DNA of 64,000 bases from an uncultured Planctomycetota bacterium (lineage in GTDB: Bacteria > Planctomycetota > Planctomycetia > Gemmatales > Gemmataceae): positions 128,001 to 192,000 of the forward strand of contig CAWKHF010000005.1 of assembly GCA_963849325.1 (NCBI GenBank), read 5' to 3'. This document shows, one piece after another, positions 39,109 to 53,093 of this stretch. The notes beneath the pieces were generated by a model, which saw only the letters and a list, made by a program, of their open reading frames with translations, did no database searches and had not been told where the DNA came from. Position 1 is the stretch's first letter. Every line of letters starts with the position of its first letter. Made by a program: the position numbers and the translations under genes.

Positions 39109-39155
39109 TGACCCGCTAGCTTGTGTCTGCCGTCGACGGCGGGTAGGATAACATC

Positions 39156-39364
39156 ATGAATGCCGAAGCCGTCCGCGAATTGCTGCGCCGTCAGCCGTTC
39201 GAGCCGTTCAACGTCCACATGACGAATGGCGAGGTCTATTCCGTGCGCCATCCGGAGCAAGTGTTTCTGGCCGGAACAAGACTGCTGATCTACTACCCCG
39301 AAGCCGATCGTCTCGCCTGGTGTTCGCTGTTGCACGTGGCCAATATTCTCATGTCGCAACCGGC

Positions 39365-39368
<4 letters not shown>
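39156..39368 (+). CDS. Small hypothetical protein (QPFEPF...G....V.HP family)
   Basis: 70 aa; clear homolog at 48048-48305; TAGGAT -10-like box just upstream. Confidence 0.75.
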
Positions 39369-40759
<1,391 letters not shown>

Positions 40760-40921
40760 GACGTCCTTCTCCTGGCATCCCGCGCCGCTGCCAAGCCGCG
40801 CGCGGCGCATCCGTGAAGTTATCCGCGCTGCCAGGAGAATTGAATCAAATTCTCTTGAGATGCTCCATCCTCGTCTTGGAAATGCTCTCTCCAGGGAGAG
40901 ACGCGGCGATGGCTGCCCCCC

Positions 40922-41846
40922 CTACCGGGGCGATGAGGATTTGAACTTGAGGTGTTCGGCCAGGCGGATCGACTCGCCGGCCAGCTGCGGCGTGAGTTCC
41001 TTCAAATAGGAATAGCTCAGATAAGCGTAGAAGCGAGCGATGCCGAGCAGCGGCAGAAATTCGCCCAGCGTTTCTTCCGCGAACACCGCCGGTTTGCCCA
41101 GTACGCCGAGGACGCTTTCCTCGGTGACACTATCTTGGAGCAGCGGTTTCAGATGATCAACGTGTGCGCGGAGATCGGCCGAGGCGGCCGTCGGCTCGGC
41201 GCGGGCAGTGGACAGGCCGCCCAGCAAGTCGCGGAGTTGGTCCCGCAGGTTCGGCGTTTCCGCGCATCCACTGGTTGAATTCTTGCATCTGTTCCGGCGT
41301 AATTTGTCCGGTCTGCATCCACTTCCACTGGGCCTCGCGGAGTTCGGGCGGCATGCGCTGCTGCAACTGTTGCTGCATTTGTCGGGCGCGGTCGAGGAGG
41401 ACGCGCTGCACCTCGGCGGCGTTGGCCCCCGCGAACGCGCCGGTCAGGCCCGCCAGTGCCTCGTGGTCCTCCTCGTCCTCGCCGTCCTCCCCTCCGGCGG
41501 AATCGAACTCATCCAGCGCCTGGCCGGCGTGGTAGAGCTGGTAATGCCAGGAGTCGCTGTCGTTGACCATGACCTGGAGGGCGTGCGTGCCGAGCCGGCC
41601 GGACAGCGCCTCGGCCAGCGACAGCGAACAACCCATCAAGTCGCTGTCCAGCACGGACACCCAGCTGTCGCGGGCCTCGGAGACGTGCAGGGCGCGCCGT
41701 TGCGAAGGCAAGCCCGGTTTGTCGCTCCTCGCCGGCCCCTCGTCGGTGGCCTCGTAGCCCTCAGTTCGCAGCAGCTCGCGGATGGCGTCGGCCACCGATG
41801 CGGCGTTATTGGACCTCACGTGAACGCTATTGGCAAAGCTGCCCAT
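40922..41846 (-). CDS. Hypothetical protein (frameshift near 41258)
   Basis: GAGGAG RBS, start MGSFANSVHVR; globular N-terminal half (DSDSWHYQLY..G...DEF) joined to the 40922 frame. Confidence 0.6.
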
Positions 41847-41960
41847 GTTGTACTCCTCGGCTGGACCGCACCCGGCAACGATGCCGGCGCACCTTTCGAT
41901 ACTATAGCTCCGAAACATCGGGAGTGCTTCACTCTCCCGAAGCTCCCGGAGGCCATCCCC

Positions 41961-42491
41961 ATGCCGGACAATGTCCCCGCGCCGCATCGAAACCTGGAAC
42001 GCAAGGCACGCTGTAACGACCTGGCCGCGGCCGCCGCCGCCATCGAGCGGCTCGGGGCGCGGCGCGTGGACGTGCTGGAGCAGACAGACGTGTATTTCCA
42101 TGTGCCGCACGGCCGGCTCAAGCTGCGCACGATCGAGGGGCAGCCGGCCATGCTCATCTGGTACGAACGGCCCGATGCGCCGGCCGCGCGCTGGAGCCGC
42201 TATCACCTCGTTCCCGTGAGTGAACCGGCATCGCTGCGCGCGGCCCTGGCGGCGGCGCTGGGCGAACGCGGCGAGGTACGCAAACGCCGCACGCTCTGGC
42301 AGTGGCAGAACGTCCGCATCCATCTCGATGAGGTCGCCGGCCCGGGGACGTTCGTCGAGTTCGAGGCGGTGATGTCCGCGAGTGACAACGAAGTGACAGC
42401 ACACGAACGCTTGACGGCGTTGGCAGCGGCGCTCGGTCTGACCTCGGCGGATGACGTGGCGGGATCGTATGCGGATTTGCTGTTCGTTTAG
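41961..42491 (+). CDS. CYTH-domain protein (class IV adenylate cyclase / CyaB-like)
   Basis: NLERKAR, QTDVYF, RLKLR, RKRR.LW, RIHLDEV...G.FVEFE, SYADL; GGAGG RBS. Confidence 0.9.
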   Translation: MPDNVPAPHRNLERKARCNDLAAAAAAIERLGARRVDVLEQTDVYFHVPHGRLKLRTIEGQPAMLIWYERPDAPAARWSRYHLVPVSEPASLRAALAAALGERGEVRKRRTLWQWQNVRIHLDEVAGPGTFVEFEAVMSASDNEVTAHERLTALAAALGLTSADDVAGSYADLLFV

Positions 42492-42550
42492 CCGCGACGC
42501 GCAGCGGAGCGCGAGATGCTCCCGCGCTCCGCTGCGCGTCGCGGCTAAAC
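42486..42550. repeat. REP-like palindrome (GTTTAGCCGCGACGCGCAGCGGAGCGCG family) between convergent genes
   Basis: Long inverted repeat; sister copies at 43215-43284 and (degenerate) 35341-35379. Confidence 0.8.
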
Positions 42551-42559
42551 AATTGGAGA

Positions 42560-43189
42560 TCAGCCGTGCAGCTCGGGGAAGACGTCGGCGGACAGGCCGG
42601 CGTCGCGGATGTGCTCGCTCAGCTTCTTGACGGCGGCGAAGCGATAGTTCGCCACCTGCTGCTCGCTGATTTTCAGGAAGGCGGCCACGTCGCGGTTGGC
42701 CCAGCCCTTGACCCACAACAGCTCCAGCACCTTCAGACGCACCCAATCGCCTTTCTCCTGCAAGCCGCGCAGGATCTGGCCCAGGCAGCGCACGATGGCG
42801 GCGCACTCTAACTCCTGCCGCTCGTCGCTGCGCGCCGCGCTCGACGCGGTCGGCTGGTCGTCGTACTGCTGGTTGAGCAGGTCGGAGGAGCTGTCGCTGA
42901 GCGAGCGCAGCGGGTGCCGGCCGCTGCGGCGCAGGTGATCGGTCAGCTTGTGCGCGGCGATGGTGAACAGGTAGGTTTGCAGCTCGCGACGGTCGTCGAA
43001 GTTGGGCAGGCTGTTGAGGAAGCCGACGAACGTCTCTTGCACCACGTCCTCGCTCGCCCCCCGGTCGCGCAGGCGACGCTGGATGAAAGCCAGCAGCCGC
43101 CCCTCGTAGCGCGCGATCAGTGTCTCCCAGGCGCGCGGGTCGCCTTGGCGGATTTGCTGAATCAACAGGCGGTCGCTGTCGGAGGGCAT
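42560..43189 (-). CDS. ECF-type sigma-70 factor
   Basis: Region 2 (AWETLIARYEGRL, EDVVQETF, YLFTIAAHKLTDHLR) and region 4 HTH (GWANRDVAAFLKISEQQVANYR). Confidence 0.9.
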   Translation of the reverse strand: MPSDSDRLLIQQIRQGDPRAWETLIARYEGRLLAFIQRRLRDRGASEDVVQETFVGFLNSLPNFDDRRELQTYLFTIAAHKLTDHLRRSGRHPLRSLSDSSSDLLNQQYDDQPTASSAARSDERQELECAAIVRCLGQILRGLQEKGDWVRLKVLELLWVKGWANRDVAAFLKISEQQVANYRFAAVKKLSEHIRDAGLSADVFPELHG

Positions 43190-43214
43190 AACGACGAACT
43201 TGTCCCCAGTACCT

Positions 43215-43284
43215 TTCGTTTAGCCGCGACTGCGCAGCGGAGCGCGGGAATCCCGCGCTCCGCTGCGCGTCGCGGCTAAACGAA
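43215..43284. repeat. REP-like palindrome, same family as 42486-42550
   Basis: TTCGTTTAGCCGCGAC...GTCGCGGCTAAACGAA. Confidence 0.8.
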
Positions 43285-43287
43285 TTA

Positions 43288-43863
43288 TCAAGCGATCACG
43301 CACAGACCCAGGGCGATGGCGATGAGGATACCGATCGCCGCCAGACGCAGCAGGCGCGTGTAATAACCCTTGGTCGCCTCCTCCAGCCGAAGGTAGCCAC
43401 CCACCACGACGAGCAGAGAGACGAGGCCAACCAGGACGTAAAGCGATAGCTTTTGGCGTCCTTCCATGCGCTGCTGCCGGGCCTGTTTCTGGATGTCGCG
43501 GGCCTGGGCGGCGGTGATCTCCAGCTGCATCTTGACGACCTTCATCTTGCCGCCGTCGGCGAAGTCCTTGGCGACCTGGAATGGCTCCTCGGTCGGCTCG
43601 CCGAACTGGACCATGCCCTTGTCGCGCAGGAACTCCGGCGTCGGCGTCCAGCCGAGATTGGCGGAGTGCTCGGCCAGCCAATCGCAGGCGTGCTCCAGGG
43701 CGTTGGACTCGGCGTCCTTGGGCGTCAGGCCGTAGCCGATGAATTCCTCCTTGATGAGGACTTTTTTCGGGCCGGACGCGGCCGCGGCTGGAGAGCTGGA
43801 CGCCGGCACACTGCCCGCGATCAGGCACACGGCGATCAGGCGGAGCCATCCCGCAGTTCGCAT
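43288..43863 (-). CDS. Hypothetical protein with signal peptide and two C-terminal TM helices
   Basis: GAGGAGG RBS; MRTAGWLRLIAVCLIAG; hydrophobic helices flanking GGYLRLEEATKGYYT. Confidence 0.75.
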   Translation of the reverse strand: MRTAGWLRLIAVCLIAGSVPASSSPAAAASGPKKVLIKEEFIGYGLTPKDAESNALEHACDWLAEHSANLGWTPTPEFLRDKGMVQFGEPTEEPFQVAKDFADGGKMKVVKMQLEITAAQARDIQKQARQQRMEGRQKLSLYVLVGLVSLLVVVGGYLRLEEATKGYYTRLLRLAAIGILIAIALGLCVIA

Positions 43864-43886
43864 TGCAGTTCCTCCTCTTCGGGGCA

Positions 43887-45397
<1,511 letters not shown>

Positions 45398-45477
45398 ACA
45401 TCGTCCCCCTGTTCGCCGCGGTCGTTCCATCGCCTTATTCGCCGCGCGGCCCGCGCATTCATTGCCGCAAAAGATCA

Positions 45478-46843
45478 TTACCCCAAACGACTGCCCACCG
45501 GTTCAAGAGCGAACGAAATATTTTCGCCGCTGACGGTGGCGTGCGGATCGCCGAGCAACAGGCGCTCGCCGCTGGTCTGGCCGTTGATGCACAGTTTGCC
45601 GGCGTAGCGGATGCCGAGCGCGTCCTTCTGACGGAACAGCACCAACGGCTGTTTCAGGTCCGGCAACGGTCACGTGCGCCTGCGGGCCGTCGGCCGAGGA
45701 CCAGCGTGTCGGCCATCAGCAGAATGGCGTCCACCGACAGCGGCAAACGGTGGCCGCTCACCAGGTCCAGCCGGGCCGTGGTGCTGATCGGCACCGGCAG
45801 ACGGAACTGGAACTGGCACGAGGCGCCCAGCGTCACGCGGTCGCCGGTTTGCAGCAGCGTCCGCGTCAGGTTCTGCCCGTTCACCTGGATCGGCCGAACC
45901 GCCTCCAGGACGTACCCTTCGGCGTCGCGCGTCAGGCTGGCGTGCAGGCGCGACACGTCGGCCACCAGCGGCACATCGACGTGGGCGTCGAGGATGGCCT
46001 GGCCGAAGGTCAGGCGCGATCCCAGGCAAACCAGGTAACCTCCGACGCCGTCGATCCACAACAAAAATCGCGTCGGCAGACCGTCGCCAGCGGCGGCCTC
46101 GCTCTTCGGTCGGGACGGCGGGGCTGGGCATGGCGACCGTCACCGGCTCGATGGCCTTCCAGGCTCGCGACCGCGCCTTGCGCGCCTCGGCGTGGTGCGG
46201 AGCGAGCGGCCAGCACCTGCTCGGCCAGTTCGACCACTTCGCGCCAGCGGCCAGCATCGGCGGCTTCGTGCAGACGGACGAGCAGGCCAGCGAAGCGATC
46301 GCGGTGCTTCTCCAGATCGACGGCGAACTGCTCCAGCACGGCCGGCCGATTGTGCAGCCGACGACGGACGCGCTCGATGGCGTCCAGGGCCAGGGCGAAC
46401 TCGCCGCGCTCGGCCAACTCGCAGGCCTGCAACCAATCGCGCGTCGCCTCCTCCAGCACCTGCAGCTCCGCCGAACGCACCCGGCGCTCGCGCAGACGGG
46501 CGACGGCCTCGTCGGCCCGCCGTGTCTCGCCGGCGTGCAGCAGCGCCCGCACCTCGGCGAGTCCCAGCCGCGTCAAGGTTTGGCGCAGGCGCTCGACGCC
46601 CTTTTCCGCCGTTTGCAGCTGCTCGGCCAGGATCAAGTCGCGCCAGGCGCCCTCGGCGTCATCGAGTTGGAGCTGGCGTTCGCCGTGCTCGACGTACTGG
46701 CGGGCGAGCTGGGCGAGAAGTCCACCGACGGCGCGATGATCGCGGAGGACGGGCTGGGTCAGCAGACGATGGGCCTCTTCTCGGCGCCCTTGCTTGAGGG
46801 CTTCGCGCGCCTGCCGGATTGCCAGCCATGCCAAGCCGAACAT
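45478..46843 (-). CDS. Helical-repeat plus FHA-like domain protein (several frameshifts)
   Basis: All-helical N-terminus; C-terminal [10 protein letters not shown]..., [19 protein letters not shown] typical of FHA; ORFs 46010, 45670, 45654 and 45478 tile one gene. Confidence 0.75.
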
Positions 46844-46951
46844 TTTTCGCTGTTGATCTCGATCCCAAGAGCGGAGGGCGCCCGCCTCCGGACAGACGGA
46901 CTGCCGCAGGGCGGACGCCCTCCGCTCGGGGTTCAGGTTTCAAAACTTCCT

Positions 46952-47009
46952 GAGCGGGAGGCGTCAGCCCCCTGAGTGCTACATCTCAGGGGGCTGACGC
47001 CCCCCGCTC
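46952..47009. repeat. REP-like palindrome (GAGCGGGxGGCGTCAGCCCCCTG family); a second hairpin lies at 46869-46927
   Basis: Inverted repeat immediately downstream of the 47015 stop. Confidence 0.75.
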
Positions 47010-47014
47010 CGTTC

Positions 47015-47860
47015 TTACCTGTTGTTCGTATTCTGGTCGATGGCGTCGTTCTTGTCGAGCGTCACCTTGTCGGCCCCGTCGTCTTCCTGCAGGGCGGCGC
47101 GGGCGGCCTTGAGCACTTCCTCGCGGCTCTTGCCCGGCTCGACGACCGGAGCCGCATCCGTGTAGCCGTTCTCCTGGAGCATCCGAGCTTCCGTGTCCGC
47201 CGTCTTCAGGCGCGTCTCAATGTCGCGGGCCAGCTCGCGGCAGCGCTTGACGGCGCTCTCATCGAAATCGACGGCCACCTGGCTCTGCATCTGGTTGAGC
47301 TTCACCATCTCCAGATGGTTCGCCAGCTTGGCGGCGACGAGATGGAGTTTTTCCTTCTCGTTCCTCATCTTGGTGTTGCGGTCCTGGGCCGTCTCGAAGG
47401 TCCGCTTCTTGGCCACCAGGAACTGTTCCTGCGACTTGATGTTTTCCTTGAGCGTGGTGAATTCGGTGACGGCCATGTCGAGGCGGCGCGTCAACTCCGA
47501 GGGCCGATAGCTTTGCCCGCGGAAGACGACCTTCTCGGTACGTCCTTCCAGGCCTTTCTGCAGATCGTTGATCTCGGCCCGCAGCTTGGCCTGGTGCGTC
47601 CGCTTGGCGTTCAGCTCGAACGTCCAGGTCATTGATCTCGACTTCCATCCGGGCCAGGCGGCTGATGTTCTTCTTGATGTCCCGGTCGATGTTGTCGATC
47701 TCGGCGTTGAGCTGCTTGAGCTGGACTTCCGGCGGGACCATGTCTGCGCCGAATGGCAGCAGTCTCCGAACCAGACCATCGGCGAGATCTTGGTGACCTT
47801 GCCGAGGACCACCAGACCGGCGACGACGGCGACCGTCGCAATGAGGATCTTCTTGAGCAT
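47015..47860 (-). CDS. Membrane-anchored or exported coiled-coil hypothetical protein (two compensating indels)
   Basis: MLKKILIATVAVVAGLVVLG N-terminus and long heptad-rich body; the segment VPPEVQLKQLNAEI... lies in the alternate frame. Confidence 0.7.
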   Translation of the reverse strand: MLKKILIATVAVVAGLVVLGKVTKISPMVWFGDCCHSAQTWSRRKSSSSSSTPRSTTSTGTSRRTSAAWPGWKSRSMTWTFELNAKRTHQAKLRAEINDLQKGLEGRTEKVVFRGQSYRPSELTRRLDMAVTEFTTLKENIKSQEQFLVAKKRTFETAQDRNTKMRNEKEKLHLVAAKLANHLEMVKLNQMQSQVAVDFDESAVKRCRELARDIETRLKTADTEARMLQENGYTDAAPVVEPGKSREEVLKAARAALQEDDGADKVTLDKNDAIDQNTNNR

Positions 47861-48047
47861 GACGTTGAACCCCTTTCCACGTAGAACGGTGTACACGTGC
47901 GGAGGGAACCAACAAAGTGTACGGTCGGCTCCGCCTACCATTGTATTCGCCGCGTCAACGAATTCATTTAGAAGAAATGGAAAAATTGCTCGGACAGGCA
48001 TCCGCCCTTTTTGCCTGCCGTAGCTGCGGCCAGGGAGGCGGTAGCCT

Positions 48048-48305
48048 CTAGCTGGCGGGGCCATTCGACGAAGACGGCAGCGCGGGGAGTTCTTCGATGC
48101 CGACAATGTGCAGAAGATCGACCTTAATCGTGTAATCGTAGACCGTCTTATTCGGCTTATGGGTCAGGCCGAGCGTGGCCGAGCGTTGACCAACCATGAT
48201 CAGGTCCGGATGGCGAATGTCATAAGTCGCTCCCGTGGTCAAGAGGATGCGGAACGGCTCAAAAGGTTGGTGACGCGCGGTGCGCTGAAGTTCTTCTTGC
48301 GTCAT
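48048..48305 (-). CDS. Small hypothetical protein (QPFEPF...G....I.HP family)
   Basis: GAGGAAGG RBS; 85 aa; homologous to 39156-39368. Confidence 0.75.
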   Translation of the reverse strand: MTQEELQRTARHQPFEPFRILLTTGATYDIRHPDLIMVGQRSATLGLTHKPNKTVYDYTIKVDLLHIVGIEELPALPSSSNGPAS

Positions 48306-48473
48306 CGGACCTTCCTCCTTATGACGTTCAGTGTACCCCCAAGCTCCCCGCGGAACAAGGGATGGCCTTCGTGCTCGGCGCGGCGAGCTGCACAGGAGAT
48401 TGCCTCGATGTCCAGCATTCTCATCGGTGGGATTTTTTACGAAACCGAAGGCGGGCGCACCGTCCTGCATGCC

Positions 48474-50595
48474 ATGCCGTTGCTGCTGGGCGCCCTGTGC
48501 TGCATCGCCATCGCCTACCGCTATTACAGTGCCTTCCTGGCGGCGAAGGTGGCGGTCCTCGACGACTCCCGGCTGACGCCGGCCCATCGGTTCCAGGACG
48601 GCCAGAACTACCATCCGACCAGCAAATGGGTGCTATTCGGCCATCACTTCGCCGCCATCTCGGGAGCGGGACCGCTTATCGGGCCGGTGCTGGCGATCCA
48701 GTACGGCTACATGCCGGGTCTCTTATGGCTGGTCATCGGTGTCTGTCTCGCCGGAGCGGTGCAGGACATGCTCGTCTTGGCGGCGTCGGTGCGGCGCGGC
48801 GGCAAGTCGCTGGCCGAGATCGCTCGCAGCGAGCTAGGACCGTGGGCCAACCTCGTCGTGTCGGCGGCGATCCTGTTCATCGTCGTCATTGCCCTGGCGG
48901 GACTCGGTGTCGTCGTCGTCAAGGCGCTGGGCGGCGAGGAGGCGGCGCTGCCGGCCGGCATGCGCATTACCTTGCCGGATGGAGGCGTCCTCCAGGAAGA
49001 GACGGAGAATGTCTACAAGTTCCCCGGCGGTTGCACGATTCGCTACGGTCCGGCCGAGCCGCCGCAAATGCGCCGGAAGGCTTCGCGGTTCGAGTCCCGA
49101 TGAGTACGACGCTGGACGCGGACGCCAGCGGCACGGTCGAACTACCGGCCAAGTCCGTGCAGATGGTGCCTGGCTCCTCGTGGGGCGTCTTCACCATCGC
49201 CTGCACCATCCCCATCGCCCTGCTCGTCGGCTGGTACATGTATCGACTGCGGCCAGGCAAGACCGTCGAGGCGTCGCTGATCGGCGCCGCCTTGACCCTG
49301 ACCGCCGTCGTCGTCGGCAACTGGATACCCGGTTCGCCGTGGGAGGGATATTTCTCGCTGGGCAAGGGGCAGACGGTGTTCGCCCTGTGTGCCTACGGTT
49401 TTGTCGCCTCGGTGCTGCCGGTGTGGCTGCTGTTGGCCCCGCGCGATTATCTCTCCAGCTTCCTCAAGCTCGGCACCATCGCCCTGCTCGTCGTCGGCGT
49501 CTTCTGGGCCAACCCGAAATTGCCCAGTCCCGCCTACAACCCCATTTTCGTCAACGGCGGCCCGACCTTCCAGGGCCATTTGTTCCCGTTCGTTTTCATC
49601 TGCATCATGTGCGGGTCCATCTCCGGCTTTCACGCCCTCGTCTCGTCCGGCACGACGCCGAAGATGATCGACAAGGAGAGCCACGTCCGGCCGATCGGTT
49701 ACGGTGCGATGCTGATGGAGGGATTGGTCGGCATCATGGCCCTGATCGCGGCGGCGTCGCTCGATCCGAAGCTCTATTACGACATCAACGTGCCACTGGA
49801 TAAGGCGCAGCAGTGGCAGCAGCCGCTCGACAAGCTGTACGCCGAACTGGGCAACGTCAGCGGCCCGGAGCATCTGAACCTGGCGCAGGTCGAGCAGAAC
49901 GTCGGCGGCGAATCGCTGCGCGGCCGCACCGGCGGCGCCGTCACGCTGGCCGTGGGCATGTCGCACATCTTGACGAAACCGCTCTCGCAACTCGGTCTGC
50001 CGTTCGAGACGCTCATGAAATACTGGTATCACTTCGCCATCATGTTCGAGGCGCTGTTCATCCTGACGACCATCGACGCCGGCACGCGCATCGGCCGCTT
50101 TCTCGTGCAGGAAGCGCTGGGCGCGTCCATCCCAAGTTCGCGCAGACGGACTGGTGGCCGAGCGCCCTGCTGTCCACGTTCCTGGTGACGGCGGGCTGGG
50201 GCGTACTGGTGGCGACCGGCTCGGTGGCGACGATCTGGCCGATGTTCGGCATCGCCAATCAGCTGTTGGCGGTGATCGCGCTGACGCTGGTGACGACGCT
50301 GCTGGTCAACACCGGCCGCGGCCGTTACGCGCCGGTGACGGTGCTGCCGATGCTGTTCGTCATCGCCACGACCATGACGGCCGGCGTGCAGATGTGCAGC
50401 GGCAAGTTCCTCGACCTGATGCGGCAGGGGCAGGTGCTGACGGGGGCGCTGAGCCTGGCCATGACCATCTTCGTGATAACGTGCGTGGCGACGCTGTTGA
50501 TCCTGGCCGTCAGTCGCTGGGTACTGGTGGCGAAGGGACTGGTTGCCGTCAAGGAAGAACAAACCGCCAAGGCGTTATCCGCGCCTGAAGCGTAA
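48474..50595 (+). CDS. cstA: Carbon starvation protein A family transporter (frameshifts near 49065 and 50125)
   Basis: TPAH...[89 protein letters not shown]. Confidence 0.95.
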
Positions 50596-50627
50596 GCGAA
50601 GAGTATCCCTTCGCTTACGCTTCAGGC
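50583..50627. terminator. Palindrome between convergent genes (REP-like; possible bidirectional terminator)
   Basis: GCCTGAAGCGTAAGCGAAG...CTTCGCTTACGCTTCAGGC, overlapping the cstA stop. Confidence 0.6.
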
Positions 50628-50633
50628 TCGGAC

Positions 50634-51107
50634 TTACTTCGCCTGGCGGAACAGGACGAGGTCGTGACGGCGGATCATGACGCCGGGCTGGGCGTCGTTG
50701 CGCATGCCCATCGTGTAGACGCCGAACTTGCCGGACGTCGTCTCGGCGATGTACAGCGCCGCCTGACCGGCGGCGATCTGGCCGGTGGTCATGAGGAAAT
50801 GCACGTTTTGCCGCGGCGGCAGACCGAACTCCGTCACCAGATCGACCTCGGCCCAACCGACGATCTTGCCGGCGGTGCGGTCGATGACCGTGCCCAGCAG
50901 CTTGCCGGCGCGATAGTCCAGGAGCCAAACGCCGTCGGTCGGCGCCTTGAGGTTGGTGGCCACGGCGCCGGTGCAGAGGATGTAATCCTCAAAGCGGTCG
51001 TTGTTGCCGGCCGCGGCCCGCGGTTGCAGGCCGATACACCAAATCGCTCCGGCCGCTCCCAGCAGCAGACCCAGACCCAATCCCAGCCAGCCGCGCACGT
51101 CTTTCAT
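50634..51107 (-). CDS. Exported or membrane-anchored hypothetical protein
   Basis: AGGAGG RBS, N-terminal hydrophobic helix, beta-rich body (GVWLLDYRAGKL, LYIAETTSGK). Confidence 0.75.
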   Translation of the reverse strand: MKDVRGWLGLGLGLLLGAAGAIWCIGLQPRAAAGNNDRFEDYILCTGAVATNLKAPTDGVWLLDYRAGKLLGTVIDRTAGKIVGWAEVDLVTEFGLPPRQNVHFLMTTGQIAAGQAALYIAETTSGKFGVYTMGMRNDAQPGVMIRRHDLVLFRQAK

Positions 51108-51217
51108 GGCCTCGCCTCCTCTCGCTCTCCGCCCTCGACGGGCAACCGCACTATAACAACCTCCGGCTTCCCGGCAACAACAGTATTCTCGTCGAAACGA
51201 GGTTTCCCATGTTCTCG

Positions 51218-52285
51218 ATGTCGCGCATCCTCCGGCATTCGGCCCTCCTGCTGGTGCCGCTCGTCGTCGCGGTTGGCTGCCAGCAACAGGCTCGGCCGCC
51301 GGACTCCGGCGATTACCTGTTCTGCTTCTGGAACGTCGAGAACTTCTTCGACAACAAGGTCAACGGCTGGAACAACGAGCCGGATCGGACGTTCGACCGC
51401 TGGTTCGGCGAGGATCGGGCCGCCTTCGAGCAGAAGGTGAAGAACCTGACGGAAGTGCTGGCCGCCCTCAACGACGGCAAAGGCCCGGACATCCTGGCGC
51501 TGGCCGAGGTCGAGTCCGAATCGGAGGCGGCCCAGGCACTGCTGGAGTCGCTCAACAAGGCCATCAAGCCGGATGCGCCGCCCTATCGACACATCTTGAA
51601 GAAAGACCTGCGCGCTGGCCGCAACATCATTACGGCGATCCTGACGCGCTTGCCGGTCGTCGCGGATCGCACCCAACTACTGGGCAAGAAGCACCGCATC
51701 CTGGAAGGCCACGTCGAGGTGGACAGGCAGGATCTGGCCATCGTGGCGTCGCATTGGACCTCGCGCGTCAGCGACGAGCACGGCGAGGGCCGCGAGAAGT
51801 ATGCCGACCAGATTTACGGCCGCTATCGCGCCCTGTACAAGGCCAACCCCGCCGTATCGCTGCTGATCTGCGGCGACTTCAACGACAACCCCGACGATCC
51901 CAGCGTCCGCGACCACTTGCACGCCACGGGCGCTCTCGATCCGGTCAAGGCGGGCGGCGATCCGCCTCTGCTGTACGACGTGTTCGCCAACCTGTGGGCG
52001 GAGAACAAGGGCGGCAAGTCGGTCGGCACGCACTTCTATCGCGGTCGGGCATTCGTCTTCGATCACCTTGTCGTGTCGCCGGGCATGGTCAACGGCAAGG
52101 GCGGCTGGCAGTGCCAGGTCGAGACGGCGAAGATCGTTACGCACCCGGATCGCTTTGTCGTGCCGCGCGGCCGCAACAAGGGACATCCCCTCGCCTTCGG
52201 CACGGAAAAGGAGAAGGTGCCGCTGAGCGAGCGCGGCGCCAGCGACCACCTGCCGGTGACGGTACGCCTGAAAGTCGCACGGTGA
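51218..52285 (+). CDS. Endonuclease/exonuclease/phosphatase family lipoprotein
   Basis: Lipobox AVGC, WNVENFFD, PDILALAEVE, SHWTS, GDFND, FDHLVVS, SDHLPV. Start could be 51209. Confidence 0.9.
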   Translation: MSRILRHSALLLVPLVVAVGCQQQARPPDSGDYLFCFWNVENFFDNKVNGWNNEPDRTFDRWFGEDRAAFEQKVKNLTEVLAALNDGKGPDILALAEVESESEAAQALLESLNKAIKPDAPPYRHILKKDLRAGRNIITAILTRLPVVADRTQLLGKKHRILEGHVEVDRQDLAIVASHWTSRVSDEHGEGREKYADQIYGRYRALYKANPAVSLLICGDFNDNPDDPSVRDHLHATGALDPVKAGGDPPLLYDVFANLWAENKGGKSVGTHFYRGRAFVFDHLVVSPGMVNGKGGWQCQVETAKIVTHPDRFVVPRGRNKGHPLAFGTEKEKVPLSERGASDHLPVTVRLKVAR

Positions 52286-52290
52286 AAATC

Positions 52291-52438
52291 ATTCACCACG
52301 AAAAACACGGAAAACACGCAAAAAAGACAAAAAGAATCTTAAATAGAATACCAAAGCCGCGGGTGTCCCCATGCAAGGGCCATTCTTGTATTTTGTCTTT
52401 GTCTTTTTTCCGTGTTTTCCGTGTTTTCCGTGGTGAAT
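52291..52438. repeat. AT-rich long palindromic repeat between convergent genes
   Basis: ATTCACCACGAAAAACACGGAAAACACGCAAAAAAGACAAA...TTTGTCTTTTTTCCGTGTTTTCCGTGTTTTCCGTGGTGAAT. Confidence 0.75.
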
Positions 52439-52445
52439 GGTGTTT

Positions 52446-53093
52446 TCACTTCCCGGCGTCGAACTTTTCCAGTTCGATCTCGACGGTAACGTTGCCTTCC
52501 TGGATCACCTGCTTGACCATGCCGACGCCCTCGGCGTAGTAGGTCGTGATGGTCGGCTTGAGTCCGTTGACTTCGAGGTCTTGACTGCTGACGCGGACGG
52601 CCTTGTAGGCGCCGGCCGGCACCTTGACTTCCTGCTCGTCGATCCGGAAGGCGCCGCGGAAGGTCTTGCCGTCGGACTTGGAGTCCACCTTCCAGCCGTC
52701 GCCCTTCTTCGGCGGCAGCTTCAGCACGAGGATCGGTGGTTTCGGTTTGTCCTCGACGGTCTGCTCGACCGCCTGGCCGCCCTTGGGATCGGGCTGGGGG
52801 AGCCGATAGCCCAGGTCATAGCGATACACGCCGTCGGCGGTGGCGGCGAGGTGCTGCCAGGCGATGACCTTGCCGTCGCGCGTCACTTCCAGGCGCGCGC
52901 AGAGTACATCGCCGACCTTCTCGTGCTTGCTGACGCGGATGGTGAACTTGCTCTCGCCAGACCTGTAGTGCCAGGTCGCACCAACCGGGAGCGGATAGTA
53001 AGGCGTCGGGACGATCTTGTCCTGGGCCGGCAGGATGCCGCCGGTGAGGAGCAGTAGAGGACAAAGGAGCAACATCGAGATCAGCCGTTTCAT
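52446..53093 (-). CDS. Exported beta-rich hypothetical protein (YYPL..G..W.Y / VPAG.Y / YA.GVG.VK family)
   Basis: GGAGAG RBS, Sec signal peptide and recognisable family motifs. Confidence 0.8.
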   Translation of the reverse strand: MKRLISMLLLCPLLLLTGGILPAQDKIVPTPYYPLPVGATWHYRSGESKFTIRVSKHEKVGDVLCARLEVTRDGKVIAWQHLAATADGVYRYDLGYRLPQPDPKGGQAVEQTVEDKPKPPILVLKLPPKKGDGWKVDSKSDGKTFRGAFRIDEQEVKVPAGAYKAVRVSSQDLEVNGLKPTITTYYAEGVGMVKQVIQEGNVTVEIELEKFDAGK

